Positions 38,022 to 47,647 of a DNA stretch of 64,000 nt are shown piece by piece. Numbering within the stretch: position 1 is the stretch's first letter; each line of letters opens with the position of its first letter. The notes under the pieces were generated by a model. It saw nothing but the letters and a program-made list of their open reading frames with translations. It did no database searches and had not been told where the DNA came from. Source of the stretch: an uncultured Chitinophagaceae bacterium (GTDB taxonomy: Bacteria > Bacteroidota > Bacteroidia > Chitinophagales > Chitinophagaceae); NCBI GenBank assembly GCA_963817075.1, contig CAWFMT010000008.1:130142-194141 (forward strand). The letters are read 5' to 3'. Position numbers and translations under genes: made by a program.

Positions 38022-39209
38022 ATGCAGCAATCCACCCCTACTCTTCCAACACCCGTTCAGAAGGAGAAAATTTTCTTTCCCAATCTGGACGGATTAAGAT
38101 TTATTTCCTTCTTCCTTGTCTTTTTGTATCATACTTATATTACTTTTTACAAAAACATCAGGGACACCAGTCCCGATGCATATGATTATGCAAAAAGGTT
38201 ATTCCAGCATGGCGATCTTGGAGTAAATTTTTTCTTTGTTCTGAGTGGTTTTCTCATCACATATCTACTAATTAAGGAACGCGAGTACACAGGGACAATC
38301 CATGTAGGAAATTTCTATATGCGACGCATTCTTCGTATCTGGCCATTATTCTATCTATGTGTATTTATAGGATTTGTTGCCTTTCCATTTGTAAAAACTC
38401 TGGTTGGCCAAAAACCTGATGAAATTGCAAACCCGATCTACTATTTCTTCTTTGTAAACAATTTTGACTTCATGAGTCACTGGCCAAGGCTCACAGATTC
38501 AACGACCCTTTCGGTATTGTGGTCGGTGGCCGTAGAAGAACAATTCTATCTGACCTGGCCGGTAATACTGAGGTTTGTTCCAAAAAAATATTATCGATTC
38601 GTTTTCCTCGCAATCATGGCCCTTTCGCTTGTATTCCGTTCGTTCCATACGGAGTTCAATGATCATGGTCACGCATATCGGTATTTCAATACTTTCTCTC
38701 TTATTGGCGATATGGCATTTGGTGGACTTCTCGCCTACTATTGTTCCTTTGATAATCGATTCAAAAGATTCATGACCAACCTTAGCAGACTGCAAATCGG
38801 GATGATCTATCTGGGAGCCATAGTTGTAACATTTTTCAAAACTGATCTTTTTTATCAGAATGCTTTTACCGTGACTATTGAAAGAATTGTGATCGCATTC
38901 TTTTACGGGATGATAATTGTTGAACAATGTTACTCCAAGCGTTCGTTTTTCAAGATGAGCCAGTTCAAAACAATCAGTAAACTTGGCATTTATACTTACG
39001 GACTATACTGCCTGCACTTACTTGGATTTTTTCTGACCGATCTAATAGTCTCCAGGGCTGGTTGGAATAAAGCGACCTTTGCAATTGCGCTCAGCAGCAC
39101 ATTTCTGGCACTTATTCTCTCGATCATTATTGCACTAACATCATACCATCTGTATGAGAAGTGGTTCTTAAGATTAAAAGATAAATTTGCGTTCATCGTA
39201 AAGAAATAA
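38022..39209 (+). CDS. acyltransferase-3 family membrane O-acyltransferase
   Basis: FPNLDGLRFISFFLVFLYH..., VNFFFVLSGFLITYLL, WSVAVEEQFYLTWP: the family's hallmark segments. Confidence 0.8.
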   Translation: MQQSTPTLPTPVQKEKIFFPNLDGLRFISFFLVFLYHTYITFYKNIRDTSPDAYDYAKRLFQHGDLGVNFFFVLSGFLITYLLIKEREYTGTIHVGNFYMRRILRIWPLFYLCVFIGFVAFPFVKTLVGQKPDEIANPIYYFFFVNNFDFMSHWPRLTDSTTLSVLWSVAVEEQFYLTWPVILRFVPKKYYRFVFLAIMALSLVFRSFHTEFNDHGHAYRYFNTFSLIGDMAFGGLLAYYCSFDNRFKRFMTNLSRLQIGMIYLGAIVVTFFKTDLFYQNAFTVTIERIVIAFFYGMIIVEQCYSKRSFFKMSQFKTISKLGIYTYGLYCLHLLGFFLTDLIVSRAGWNKATFAIALSSTFLALILSIIIALTSYHLYEKWFLRLKDKFAFIVKK

Positions 39210-39211
39210 CC

Positions 39212-40780
39212 TTGATGAAATCCAGAAGTGCTGACGCTCAGGTCCTAGTTTTTATTTCCTTTTTAATTATATATCTTCTAACTCTCACTTCAAATTTTAC
39301 AGCACCTCATGATTCCATGACATATCTCCTGATGCTCAAGGAAAAAGAACATTTATGGCATGTGCATCATCTTTTGTACCATCAACTTTCTTATTACTGG
39401 CTCGCATTCTGGAAGTCTATTTTTCCTGGTGTTCAGGATTATCTGATTGTTGAAACCATAAGCAGTTTATTTGGAGCAGGGACAGTCACGATATCATTTC
39501 TCTTTCTTCGCAGAAGATTTCAGTTGCCGAGGATCACATCCTGGCTGGGAGCCGGGGTAATAGCATTCTCTTACGGGATATGGTTTTACAGCGTGAATGT
39601 GGAAGTATACGCGCCTTCACTATTCTTTTCATTTTGGATGTTATATGTTGTCACCAAAAAGCAATGGAATGCAAAGGACCTCTGGTTTTCTGCCTTACTC
39701 CACTCCATAGCGATCCTCTTTCACCAAATGAACATTTTAATCCTTCCAATAATCCTTTACAAAATATTTGAGCAGCGGAAGAATATCTATGTATATAAAA
39801 GCATTCTTTGGTACGCAATAACTGGAGTTGTCCTGGTAGGAGGAGTGTATTTCCTTGCCGGGAGATATGGAGAAGGAAAAACAGATTTTTCCAGCTGGTT
39901 TAGCTGGGTTCAGGGATACACCAGTGGCAATGAATATTGGAGACCTCTCAGTATTAAAACCCCTGTACTTGCAGCAGTAGGCTTCAGTCATACATTCCTG
40001 GGGGGCCATTTTTTCTTCAGACTGGGACTGGAATCCTGGTTTGCGTCGCTCCTATCCTCACATTCACTCGGAGATGAAATCTTTCTTTCAAGATCAATTC
40101 CAATTTGGGTTGATTTCATAATGTTTGCACTTACTCCAATTCTCCTATTTCTTTCCGTAATCTTGTTTATTCGCTTTATTAAGAAGTTCAGGGCTCTGAT
40201 CCGGACGCAATCCTCTGTTATTATTCCGCTCCTTTTGTATTTTCTGATTAACTCATTTTACTTTCTGTTTTGGGTTCCGGAAATTCTTGAATTCTGGCTG
40301 GGGCAATGTATAGTTTTTTGGCTTTTGATCATCGGGACCTATGAACCCATCAATAAGAAATCAACCCTGATAATAGGGTCCATTATGTCCTTACTATTTA
40401 CAATCAATTACGTGAGTAGTATCAGACCTATGCAGAACCCAAACAATGATATCGGATATGTAAGGGTTGAAAAAATTAAGGAACTGGCGAAAAAAGATGA
40501 TCTGATAATTGTACAGGACAAATGGCTGCTTAAAGAATTTCTTGAATATTATACTGATGCGAAGGTTGTAATTGTTCCAACAATTGCCAGCGAACAAGTG
40601 GCCGTGCTTGCAGAATTGCAGCAAAAATTAGATGCTGGAAAAACTATCTATATCTTCCCGGAAACAAGAAGTGAAAACGCTTCCCCTGATAAAAATTTCA
40701 TTCCCACTATTTTGAATAAACATAAGGAGCGTTCCAGGCTGATACAGAAAGAATACACTGAAATCTGGGAAATCAGATAA
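39212..40780 (+). CDS. polytopic membrane protein of unknown function (possible GT-C-like glycosyltransferase/polymerase) with a C-terminal soluble domain
   Basis: 522 aa. About 11 TM segments followed by a ~130-aa soluble tail. No catalytic motif was confidently recognised. Confidence 0.4.
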   Translation: MMKSRSADAQVLVFISFLIIYLLTLTSNFTAPHDSMTYLLMLKEKEHLWHVHHLLYHQLSYYWLAFWKSIFPGVQDYLIVETISSLFGAGTVTISFLFLRRRFQLPRITSWLGAGVIAFSYGIWFYSVNVEVYAPSLFFSFWMLYVVTKKQWNAKDLWFSALLHSIAILFHQMNILILPIILYKIFEQRKNIYVYKSILWYAITGVVLVGGVYFLAGRYGEGKTDFSSWFSWVQGYTSGNEYWRPLSIKTPVLAAVGFSHTFLGGHFFFRLGLESWFASLLSSHSLGDEIFLSRSIPIWVDFIMFALTPILLFLSVILFIRFIKKFRALIRTQSSVIIPLLLYFLINSFYFLFWVPEILEFWLGQCIVFWLLIIGTYEPINKKSTLIIGSIMSLLFTINYVSSIRPMQNPNNDIGYVRVEKIKELAKKDDLIIVQDKWLLKEFLEYYTDAKVVIVPTIASEQVAVLAELQQKLDAGKTIYIFPETRSENASPDKNFIPTILNKHKERSRLIQKEYTEIWEIR

Positions 40781-40925
40781 GAAAATTTCAAGATCCAAAT
40801 AACAAATTCCAAAGAATTCCCAATTCACAAGCATTCAATGGTGCATTCCAATTTGGGACCCGTCAAATGATGGAAAAAAATCAATAATCAAATTTCAAAG
40901 CATACAAGAAAAACTAATTAAAATC

Positions 40926-40951
40926 GAATCTCAATATTTGAGATTTTTTTC
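40926..40951 (+). terminator. rho-independent terminator
   Basis: aatctcaa-tat-ttgagatt followed by T7. Confidence 0.6.
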
Positions 40952-41281
40952 TTGAAAATTCTTTGTTACTTGTTTTTTGTTAATTGGAATTCTCGTAAAG
41001 GATTTAACAAATGAAGTTGGGCGTCATGATTTTTTTCGCCCCAAACCCTTTCCCATCAAGCGTTTTAGACAATGAAACCGTGTTTCACCATCCTGAAATG
41101 ATTACAAACTTGATTTATACCTGCGCAAATCGTTTCTATATTTGTCCTACCAAAGCAGATCAGACAAAACCTCACCTTCTGATCAACATCATCTAACTGC
41201 CACTAAGATTGTTTGTCTCCCGGTTGCGATCCATCAGAATTTTCTTTGAAACCACTTTTTAAACTATTAAACATTACGATT

Positions 41282-41692
41282 ATGAAAAACACAACCAGGA
41301 AATTTGTGTCCGCAGGTCTCAGTTTATTTTTAGCGTTAGGAATTGCAACAGCATCTTTCGCTAACGGAGAACCCACAACCAAGACCGAGAAGTCGATTGA
41401 ACTAAAATTCATAGGCAAAATTTCAAATCAGCCAGTATACATGTTAAATGTATCCAACCCAGTGCAGGAAGAATATGTTATCATCTTCAAGGATAGTTAT
41501 GGAATAGTTCTTTATTCTGACGTTGTCAGAAAATCATCATTCACACAGAAATTTCAGATCAATAGAGACGAAGTTGGTGATGAAATCATCAGAGTAGAAG
41601 TAAAGTCAAGATCAACTAAGACATCTGAAATCTTTACTATTGAGAGAAATCAGACAGTTGTTGAGGAAAATGTAGTGGCAAGGATTCAATAA
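41282..41692 (+). CDS. small secreted hypothetical protein
   Basis: Start taken at MKNTTRKFVSAGLSLFLALGIATASFA (signal peptide). The rest looks beta-rich. No family recognised. Confidence 0.6.
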   Translation: MKNTTRKFVSAGLSLFLALGIATASFANGEPTTKTEKSIELKFIGKISNQPVYMLNVSNPVQEEYVIIFKDSYGIVLYSDVVRKSSFTQKFQINRDEVGDEIIRVEVKSRSTKTSEIFTIERNQTVVEENVVARIQ

Positions 41693-41717
41693 CAATCTCC
41701 CAATCACATGAATTAAT

Positions 41718-41764
41718 GCATGAGGATCAGGCTTAACCCTGGTTCTTGTGCATTTTGCTTTTGA
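41718..41764 (+). terminator. rho-independent terminator (stem with G-U pairs)
   Basis: gcatgaggatcagg-cttaac-cctggttcttgtgc followed by attttgctttt. Confidence 0.5.
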
Positions 41765-41999
41765 TACATTGTAACTGGCGTGAACATTTTCAGAATGTAA
41801 AATGAAAAAGTAAAACGACGTGAGTCGTGAATCGTGAGTCGTGAGATAAAACTCTCAAACATTTATCAACCGCCAACCGCGTGCGCTAAAGCTATAGCGG
41901 TGGCGCAAGCTTTACTTCCGCCGCAGGGCTATGGAAGTCGAAGAGCGAAGGTGGTCAAACAATCAAACAATCAAACATTCAAACCTCCCCCCCGATTAC

Positions 42000-42386
42000 C
42001 TACTCATATCCACTCTTGATCACAGTTTGAATCATTTTGAATCTGCCGTTTGCTTTAATGAAATTGGGAGAGTGTGCAGGAATGATAATTCCTTGCCCGG
42101 CTTCAAGAAAATTGGAGATCTTATCGATAACTATCTCGGCCTTGCCTTCTATGATCTGTGCAAAGGTGTCAAAAGGAGAAGTCTTCTCAGTAAGCCCTTC
42201 GCCACTGTCAAATGACAATATGCTGATATTCCCTGTTGATTTTTTTATGATTGTCTTGATCACCACAGAATTGGTCAGGTATTCGATTATTTCGACAATT
42301 ATATGAGACTTTGATTTTTCCAGCTCTGCTTTGGGAGATGAATCTTCACTTGCCTGGGAATTGTCATTGGGAATTTTGTTTTCCAT
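42000..42386 (-). CDS. cupin-domain protein
   Basis: The C-terminal ~100 aa show the cupin beta-barrel pattern (...FAQIIEGKAEIVID...AGQGIIIPAHSPNFIKANGRFKM). Confidence 0.65.
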   Translation of the reverse strand: MENKIPNDNSQASEDSSPKAELEKSKSHIIVEIIEYLTNSVVIKTIIKKSTGNISILSFDSGEGLTEKTSPFDTFAQIIEGKAEIVIDKISNFLEAGQGIIIPAHSPNFIKANGRFKMIQTVIKSGYE

Positions 42387-43095
42387 AAAAAATAAACCTT
42401 CAGAAATTTTTTGATCAATGAATGAGAAATTTCAAGTATGAAAAACAAGCTGAAAATCAACCAATCTTAGTCCAAATATTTTATTAAGGAAAGCCAAAGT
42501 TAAGATGGTCAATCTCGTGCCTATTATACTATTGGAGTTTTCTCGTACATAATTCACACATCCAATGCAATGCCATTGGTTCAAAAAAAAAGCGTGAAGA
42601 AAAGAGGGAGTTACAAGCGAAAATCTCTCTCGTACTCAATTAAACTCAGAAGTGTATTGATCCTCTTTTAATGATTTATTACAGCCAGTTTATAATGTCC
42701 GGCCTTTTCATTCTGTAGCCCAACAAAATATAGTTCCAGGTGAAATTGTCTTTTTCGGAGCGCAATCAAAGCCATCAAAAGGCCATGAATGAAGAGTAGA
42801 ATGAACATCAACGGATACATTGTAGAATTCATAGATTTTTTTTACAGAGGCATTGTCAAGTTCAGTAAGCTACTCTTAAAAATCAGAACGTCCCCTTAAA
42901 TATGTGAATTATGCAGCTTATTTAGGCTAATACTATGTTTTTAGGCTGAATAATGAGAGATTTTACTAATTCCTTAACAGGGTTAAGGCAGAGACTTAAA
43001 CCCCTGCATCTGCCTTTTTGAAACTGCATGGCAGGAAAATGGAGAAGAAAATCAATTTTCAAGATTTCAAATTTACCCTTGGTTTTCTTTCACTA

Positions 43096-43581
43096 TTATG
43101 CTGTTCGGCTCATAGATTTAGATTCACGCTGATCGAATTGAACACCTGAACCAAGAGAGAAAACTCCTGGAATTCTTTTTCCAATTTTTTCACGCCAATT
43201 GGATGCAAAGAGGGTTTTCACCATACCGTCAAGATTATTCATATCATCTCCTTTCAGTAGATGCATATCTGCTCCAAGGTCCATCGATAATTTTATTTCA
43301 TCTGTAGAATTCGAACCGGAACACATAATGACCATGGTTTCATCCAGGCTCCTTTTCATCCTAATATGTCTCAATGCATCAAAACCATCTTTTTTAGGCA
43401 TGTTGATGTCTAAAAAAATAACCTGCGGGCTGACACTATCCAATATGGAGATTAACTGCTCACCATTTGGAACAGCTATAACCGTCAATTCAATTGGCAG
43501 TCTCAATAGCACTTCAAGTAGGAAAAGGGAATCTTCCGGATCGTCGTCCGCGAGTATGATAGTTGTTGGAATAGAATTCAT
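43096..43581 (-). CDS. response-regulator receiver protein
   Basis: IILADDDPEDSLFL...VIFLDINMPKKDGFDALRHIR...VIMCSGS...DMHLLKG. Confidence 0.8.
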   Translation of the reverse strand: MNSIPTTIILADDDPEDSLFLLEVLLRLPIELTVIAVPNGEQLISILDSVSPQVIFLDINMPKKDGFDALRHIRMKRSLDETMVIMCSGSNSTDEIKLSMDLGADMHLLKGDDMNNLDGMVKTLFASNWREKIGKRIPGVFSLGSGVQFDQRESKSMSRTA

Positions 43582-43814
43582 ACAATCAATTTAAGAGGAG
43601 GTCAAAAGCTGTTTTGGTTCAAGGAATCTGGAGGTGCCTTTCTATAAGCCGGGGAATTCGGGGTTCACAAATAATCCTGCATGAAGTTGGGAAATCTCAC
43701 TAACCCTATCAGTATACAATTAAAGAATTATAGTGCATAATTCACAGGTGGTTGAGTTCGGTAACCAATCAAAAACTTAAATGAGCTTCAGTCCAATTAG
43801 TAATCTTACGAATA

Positions 43815-44375
43815 TTAAAGATTATCGTGAGCCTTGAACCTGTTGTTCTTGAGGTCTTTGAAGTGAGAGGCAGTCAAGCCAGTCACTTTCTTGAATTGCT
43901 TAGACAGGTGGGATGCGCTGCTGTAATTCATTTTAAAGGCTATTTGGCTGATAGTTAATTCATCGTAAACTAAAAGCTCTTTTACTTTTTCAATTTTATG
44001 GGAGATTATATAATGCTCAAGCGTGATCCCCTGTGTTAGGGCAAAAAGATTAGAAAGATAGGTGTAATCATATTTAAGTTTAGTAGAAAGGAAATGAGAG
44101 AATTTAACATTCAGCGCTTCATCAGTATAATGAATTTGTTCAATTACGATTGTCTTTATTTTCTCAATCAACTGGCTCTTCTTATCATCCATGATCTCAA
44201 GTCCATACTTTTTCAAACCAAAATCCAGATCACTCACTTGTTTTAATGTAACAGGATCTCTAATAATGACCTCACCCAATTCTACGGATTCGTGAAAAAG
44301 CCCTAGCCGCTCTACTTCTGACTTTACAACCAGCTTGCATCTTAAACAAACCATATTCTTAATGTACAATTTCAC
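43815..44375 (-). CDS. AraC-family transcriptional regulator with an N-terminal CxxC (HMA-like) domain
   Basis: N-terminus MKLYIKNMVCLRCKLVVKSEVERLG. C-terminal AraC HTH (LSNLFALTQGITLEHYIISHKIEKVKELL...ISQIAFKMNYSSASHLSKQFKKVTGLT). Confidence 0.8.
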   Translation of the reverse strand: MKLYIKNMVCLRCKLVVKSEVERLGLFHESVELGEVIIRDPVTLKQVSDLDFGLKKYGLEIMDDKKSQLIEKIKTIVIEQIHYTDEALNVKFSHFLSTKLKYDYTYLSNLFALTQGITLEHYIISHKIEKVKELLVYDELTISQIAFKMNYSSASHLSKQFKKVTGLTASHFKDLKNNRFKAHDNL

Positions 44376-44542
44376 GTACTTGTTTTTCGGGTGGAGCTGG
44401 CAGTTAGGAAAAAGAACTCAATGAGGCAGAAAAGCAATTAAAGATAGGTAATTGCATACGGTTGTTAACTATGCCAGATTAAATACAAAACCCCTGAATT
44501 GGTTAATTATTCAGAGGTCAAGTATAAAGCAGGGGATAATAA

Positions 44543-45184
44543 CTATGATTTACGTTGGCTCACCAGAACTGCCAGGGCTTGTTTTTGTTTTTCAACCTCG
44601 CCATTCTGTTTTTCCTGGTCTTGTTTATTTCCTTCTATTTTACGGTCAATATCAGATCTTCTCTTTGCAAGATCGCCGGCATCATCTATGATTGATTTTG
44701 CTTTTTTCTCTTCTTTGCTGATCAGATCATTTTGAGCCTTTATTCGTAATTCCAGATTATAGGCTTCCATAACAGGCATCAGGCTATTCAGAAATTCCTT
44801 CGCCTTATCCATTCCAAAATTCGAACCCGGATTACGGTTGGCAATATCTTCATTTGGAACACCTACCATTAAGGAGATCGTTGACTGATCCTTTTCACTC
44901 CTGTTGGTCCGCTCAACCTTGAAATACAAATCAGCATTGATACTATCGTTTGGATTTAACTGCGTATTTCTAAAAGTTTTGAAACCTTTAATATCAGTTC
45001 CTGTTGATCCTTTTTTCGAGAGATATTCTCCCATCACTGCATTTACCATATCGGGTGAATAAGGAAGGACTATAATAGCAGCTGATTGCTGTTTCTTCTG
45101 ATATGTTACCACACCTTCCGTTGCTTGCGCAATCAGGAAATTTGCACTTAGTAACATCAAAATAATGAACATGATCTTCTTCAT
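44543..45184 (-). CDS. secreted hypothetical protein with a C-terminal coiled coil
   Basis: Signal peptide MKKIMFIILMLLSANFLIAQ. The C-terminal ~80 aa are K/E/Q-rich. Confidence 0.55.
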   Translation of the reverse strand: MKKIMFIILMLLSANFLIAQATEGVVTYQKKQQSAAIIVLPYSPDMVNAVMGEYLSKKGSTGTDIKGFKTFRNTQLNPNDSINADLYFKVERTNRSEKDQSTISLMVGVPNEDIANRNPGSNFGMDKAKEFLNSLMPVMEAYNLELRIKAQNDLISKEEKKAKSIIDDAGDLAKRRSDIDRKIEGNKQDQEKQNGEVEKQKQALAVLVSQRKS

Positions 45185-45218
45185 ATAACTTTTTGAATTT
45201 TTAGTATAAAGGGATTCT

Positions 45219-45313
45219 CCGCCGCGAAAAACGGGGTTGAAAGTTCCGGGTTTCGTGTTTGGAGTTTCGAGTTAAACCTAAAACACGATGCGAAACGCGA
45301 GTTCCGTCGCGGC
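45219..45313. repeat. nested inverted-repeat intergenic element (shares the gggtttsgtgtttggagttt word with 51036-51060)
   Basis: Outer pair gccgcga/tcgcggc. Inner pair cgtgttt/aaacacg. Followed by A7. Confidence 0.55.
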
Positions 45314-45338
45314 AAAAAAATAATGATTAAAAAAGATA

Positions 45339-45749
45339 TTAATTCTTAAGAACGACAGTATCCAGAAAATGTATCACTCCATTGGATGTGGGGACATCCC
45401 GATTTTCAATTTTAGATCCTGCAACTGAAACGCGATTCTCTTTTACCTGTATCAATAGTTCTACGCCGTTGACAGTTGTAAGTTTTTCACCATCTTTTAG
45501 GTCCTTGTAACTGATCTTTCCAGCAACTATGTGGCCATTTAGAACTTGTTCCAATTCAGTGAGATTATCAGGTTTCAACATGTTTTCAAACCTACCTTTC
45601 TCCAATTTTGTAAAAGCAAGGTCTGAAGGGGCAAAAACTGTCCATGGACCTGTACCGCTTAAGAATTTGTCCAGGCCTGAGGCAATAATTCCCTTCTTTA
45701 ATGTGGTTGTGTTCTTGTTAGCATTAACTACTTGTGTAATATTTGACAT
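45339..45749 (-). CDS. fasciclin (FAS1) domain protein
   Basis: WTVFAPSDLAF...LNGHIVAGK...TVNG...DVPTSNGVIHFLDTVVL. Confidence 0.85.
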   Translation of the reverse strand: MSNITQVVNANKNTTTLKKGIIASGLDKFLSGTGPWTVFAPSDLAFTKLEKGRFENMLKPDNLTELEQVLNGHIVAGKISYKDLKDGEKLTTVNGVELLIQVKENRVSVAGSKIENRDVPTSNGVIHFLDTVVLKN

Positions 45750-45926
45750 TATGACGTTTTACGTACTGGTAGAATAACCGGCAGGTAGGTAAGATAGACT
45801 TAAACAGCCGCTATTGGTGTTAATGGCTAGCTTTTATTAATTAGAGTTACAGCAGTACTAAGGGTTTATATCAGGATATTAACAGCGAATAGTCGTCCGC
45901 TAAATTTAATAAGCGTAGATTGTAGG

Positions 45927-46262
45927 ATGTTCAGAAGGTATAAAATCTCAATATCCGTAAAAGAAGATGCTGCTCAACTTGCCGACAATATTCCCAAAGA
46001 ATTTGGTTGTTCAATCTCCGAACCCAGTAACTGGATACAAAGAGGTACAACCACAGAAAGAGGCTTGACAGTCCTTAATGGTAAGGGAACGGAAATCAAA
46101 TCATTCATCTTCAAGCATCAGCCATTCTTCAATCCTGATACAGAAAGGACTTTGAAAGAAGAAAACGAGATCGAAACTTTTGTTTATGAATCTCTTGCTG
46201 AGCATTATTCACTGGAAACCGGCCAGGTGAAGATTGTTGTTAAGAAAGACACTAAAGTCTAA
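45927..46262 (+). CDS. hypothetical protein
   Basis: 111-aa ORF in an otherwise empty gap. No family recognised. Confidence 0.4.
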   Translation: MFRRYKISISVKEDAAQLADNIPKEFGCSISEPSNWIQRGTTTERGLTVLNGKGTEIKSFIFKHQPFFNPDTERTLKEENEIETFVYESLAEHYSLETGQVKIVVKKDTKV

Positions 46263-46292
46263 GATCAGCGAATCCCGAAGTAGATAAGGAAT

Positions 46293-46373
46293 TATCCGCC
46301 AAGAAACAAAGACGCAACGTTTCGCCAGATTTACTATGCGAATAATTGCGTCTTCACGTCCTTGCGGTTAAAT
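46293..46373. repeat. ttaaccgcc-type palindromic intergenic element
   Basis: Ends ccgccaag...cttgcggttaa. Inner pair gacgcaa/ttgcgtc. Lies between convergent genes. Confidence 0.6.
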
Positions 46374-46390
46374 AATATTCTATTCCCTGA

Positions 46391-46897
46391 TTAATTTTTC
46401 CTGGCGGTATCTGCAGGATTCATCTGCCCCATCATCTTCATCATTTCTCTCATTTCCATGTAAGACCAATGCTCTACTGCCTTCCCGTCCTTAAATCTAA
46501 CCACTTCGATAGCTTTCATATCATAAGGACCTGCTGGCATTCCTATATCTCCCTTACTTGTTCCTGAGTAATGCTGTAGTGCAAATACATAATCATCATC
46601 GGCCAGTTCCTTGACCACTTCCATCTTCATATCGGTATTTACCTGATGCATGCGGGTGATAAATGCCTTTAGACTATCTCTCCCCATATCACCACGGTCA
46701 GTATGGTCAACAAAATCACTTGCGACAACACTATCAATCATGCTGACATCCCCAGTTTCAAATGCCTTGTTGACAATATGGGATGCTTCAAGGTTTTTTT
46801 GGGCTTTTGTGTTTGCTTCCGAACCAACCTTTGTTTCATCATTACAGGAAATAAATATGAACGTAGTGAGGGCGGCAAAGAGAAAAAGCTTTTTCAT
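46391..46897 (-). CDS. SnoaL-like (ester-cyclase/NTF2-fold) lipoprotein
   Basis: Lipobox FIFISC. SnoaL-like core ...VNKAFETGDVSMIDSVVASDFVDH...VVRFKDGKAVEHW. Confidence 0.65.
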   Translation of the reverse strand: MKKLFLFAALTTFIFISCNDETKVGSEANTKAQKNLEASHIVNKAFETGDVSMIDSVVASDFVDHTDRGDMGRDSLKAFITRMHQVNTDMKMEVVKELADDDYVFALQHYSGTSKGDIGMPAGPYDMKAIEVVRFKDGKAVEHWSYMEMREMMKMMGQMNPADTARKN

Positions 46898-47204
46898 AAT
46901 TCATGTTTTGATTAAAGATGTAAGAAAAAAATCAGCTTCAAAATGATGTATAATTTCAAGAAGATTGCAAGGTAGAATGTTTCCTGAAATGGAAAAAATA
47001 TTACGAAGCCATAAACCATATGCGGTTGGATCTTCACTGCTATCTTTATCGATGATACCCGTTTAGGGTTTAGGTGTTTAGGGATTAGTCTAATCAACCA
47101 TTCAACTAATCAACTATTTAACTCCTTCGTTCCTAATTCTTAATTCCTAATTACCAATTCCTACATATTTTCGGGTTGACAAACAAGACTTTAATCCTTA
47201 AAAT

Positions 47205-47588
47205 ATGTCTGATAATTCAAAGATTCCCCCAAATTACCAAACGGTAATGCCTTACCTGATCATCAATGAAGCCAGCAATTTTATTGGGTTTATGAAGGAG
47301 GTTTTTGGAGCTGTGGAAACCCATAAGACCATGCGCGATCCCAATACGATCATGCATGGAGAAATTATGATTGGAGGAAGTACAATCATGTTTGCGGATA
47401 CAACAGATAAGATCGATCCAAGCAATGCGGGATTGTTTATTTATGTTGACGATGCGGATGTATGCTATACCAAAGCAATTGCGAATGGAGCCCGTTCCAT
47501 AAATGAGTTATCTGATCAACCTTATGGTCGCACAGGGGGAATACTTGACCCATTTGGAAACACCTGGTGGATCACTTCTTTAAAATGA
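47205..47588 (+). CDS. VOC-family (glyoxalase/bleomycin-resistance, PhnB-like) protein
   Basis: 127 aa. ...MPYLIINEASNFIGFMKEVFGA...MHGEIMIGGSTIMFAD...QPYGRTGGILDPFGNTWWI. Confidence 0.75.
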   Translation: MSDNSKIPPNYQTVMPYLIINEASNFIGFMKEVFGAVETHKTMRDPNTIMHGEIMIGGSTIMFADTTDKIDPSNAGLFIYVDDADVCYTKAIANGARSINELSDQPYGRTGGILDPFGNTWWITSLK

Positions 47589-47647
47589 ATACTTCCATTA
47601 GTTTTTACACTATAAATTCATTATACAATAAAAATCACATTAGTCTT

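Noticed and set aside
47061-47090. tttagggtttaggtgtttaggg resembling plant-type telomeric TTTAGGG repeats
   Set aside because: There are only about three imperfect copies, in a bacterial intergenic region that also holds other unrelated stutter words. It is treated as part of the low-complexity stutter phenomenon.
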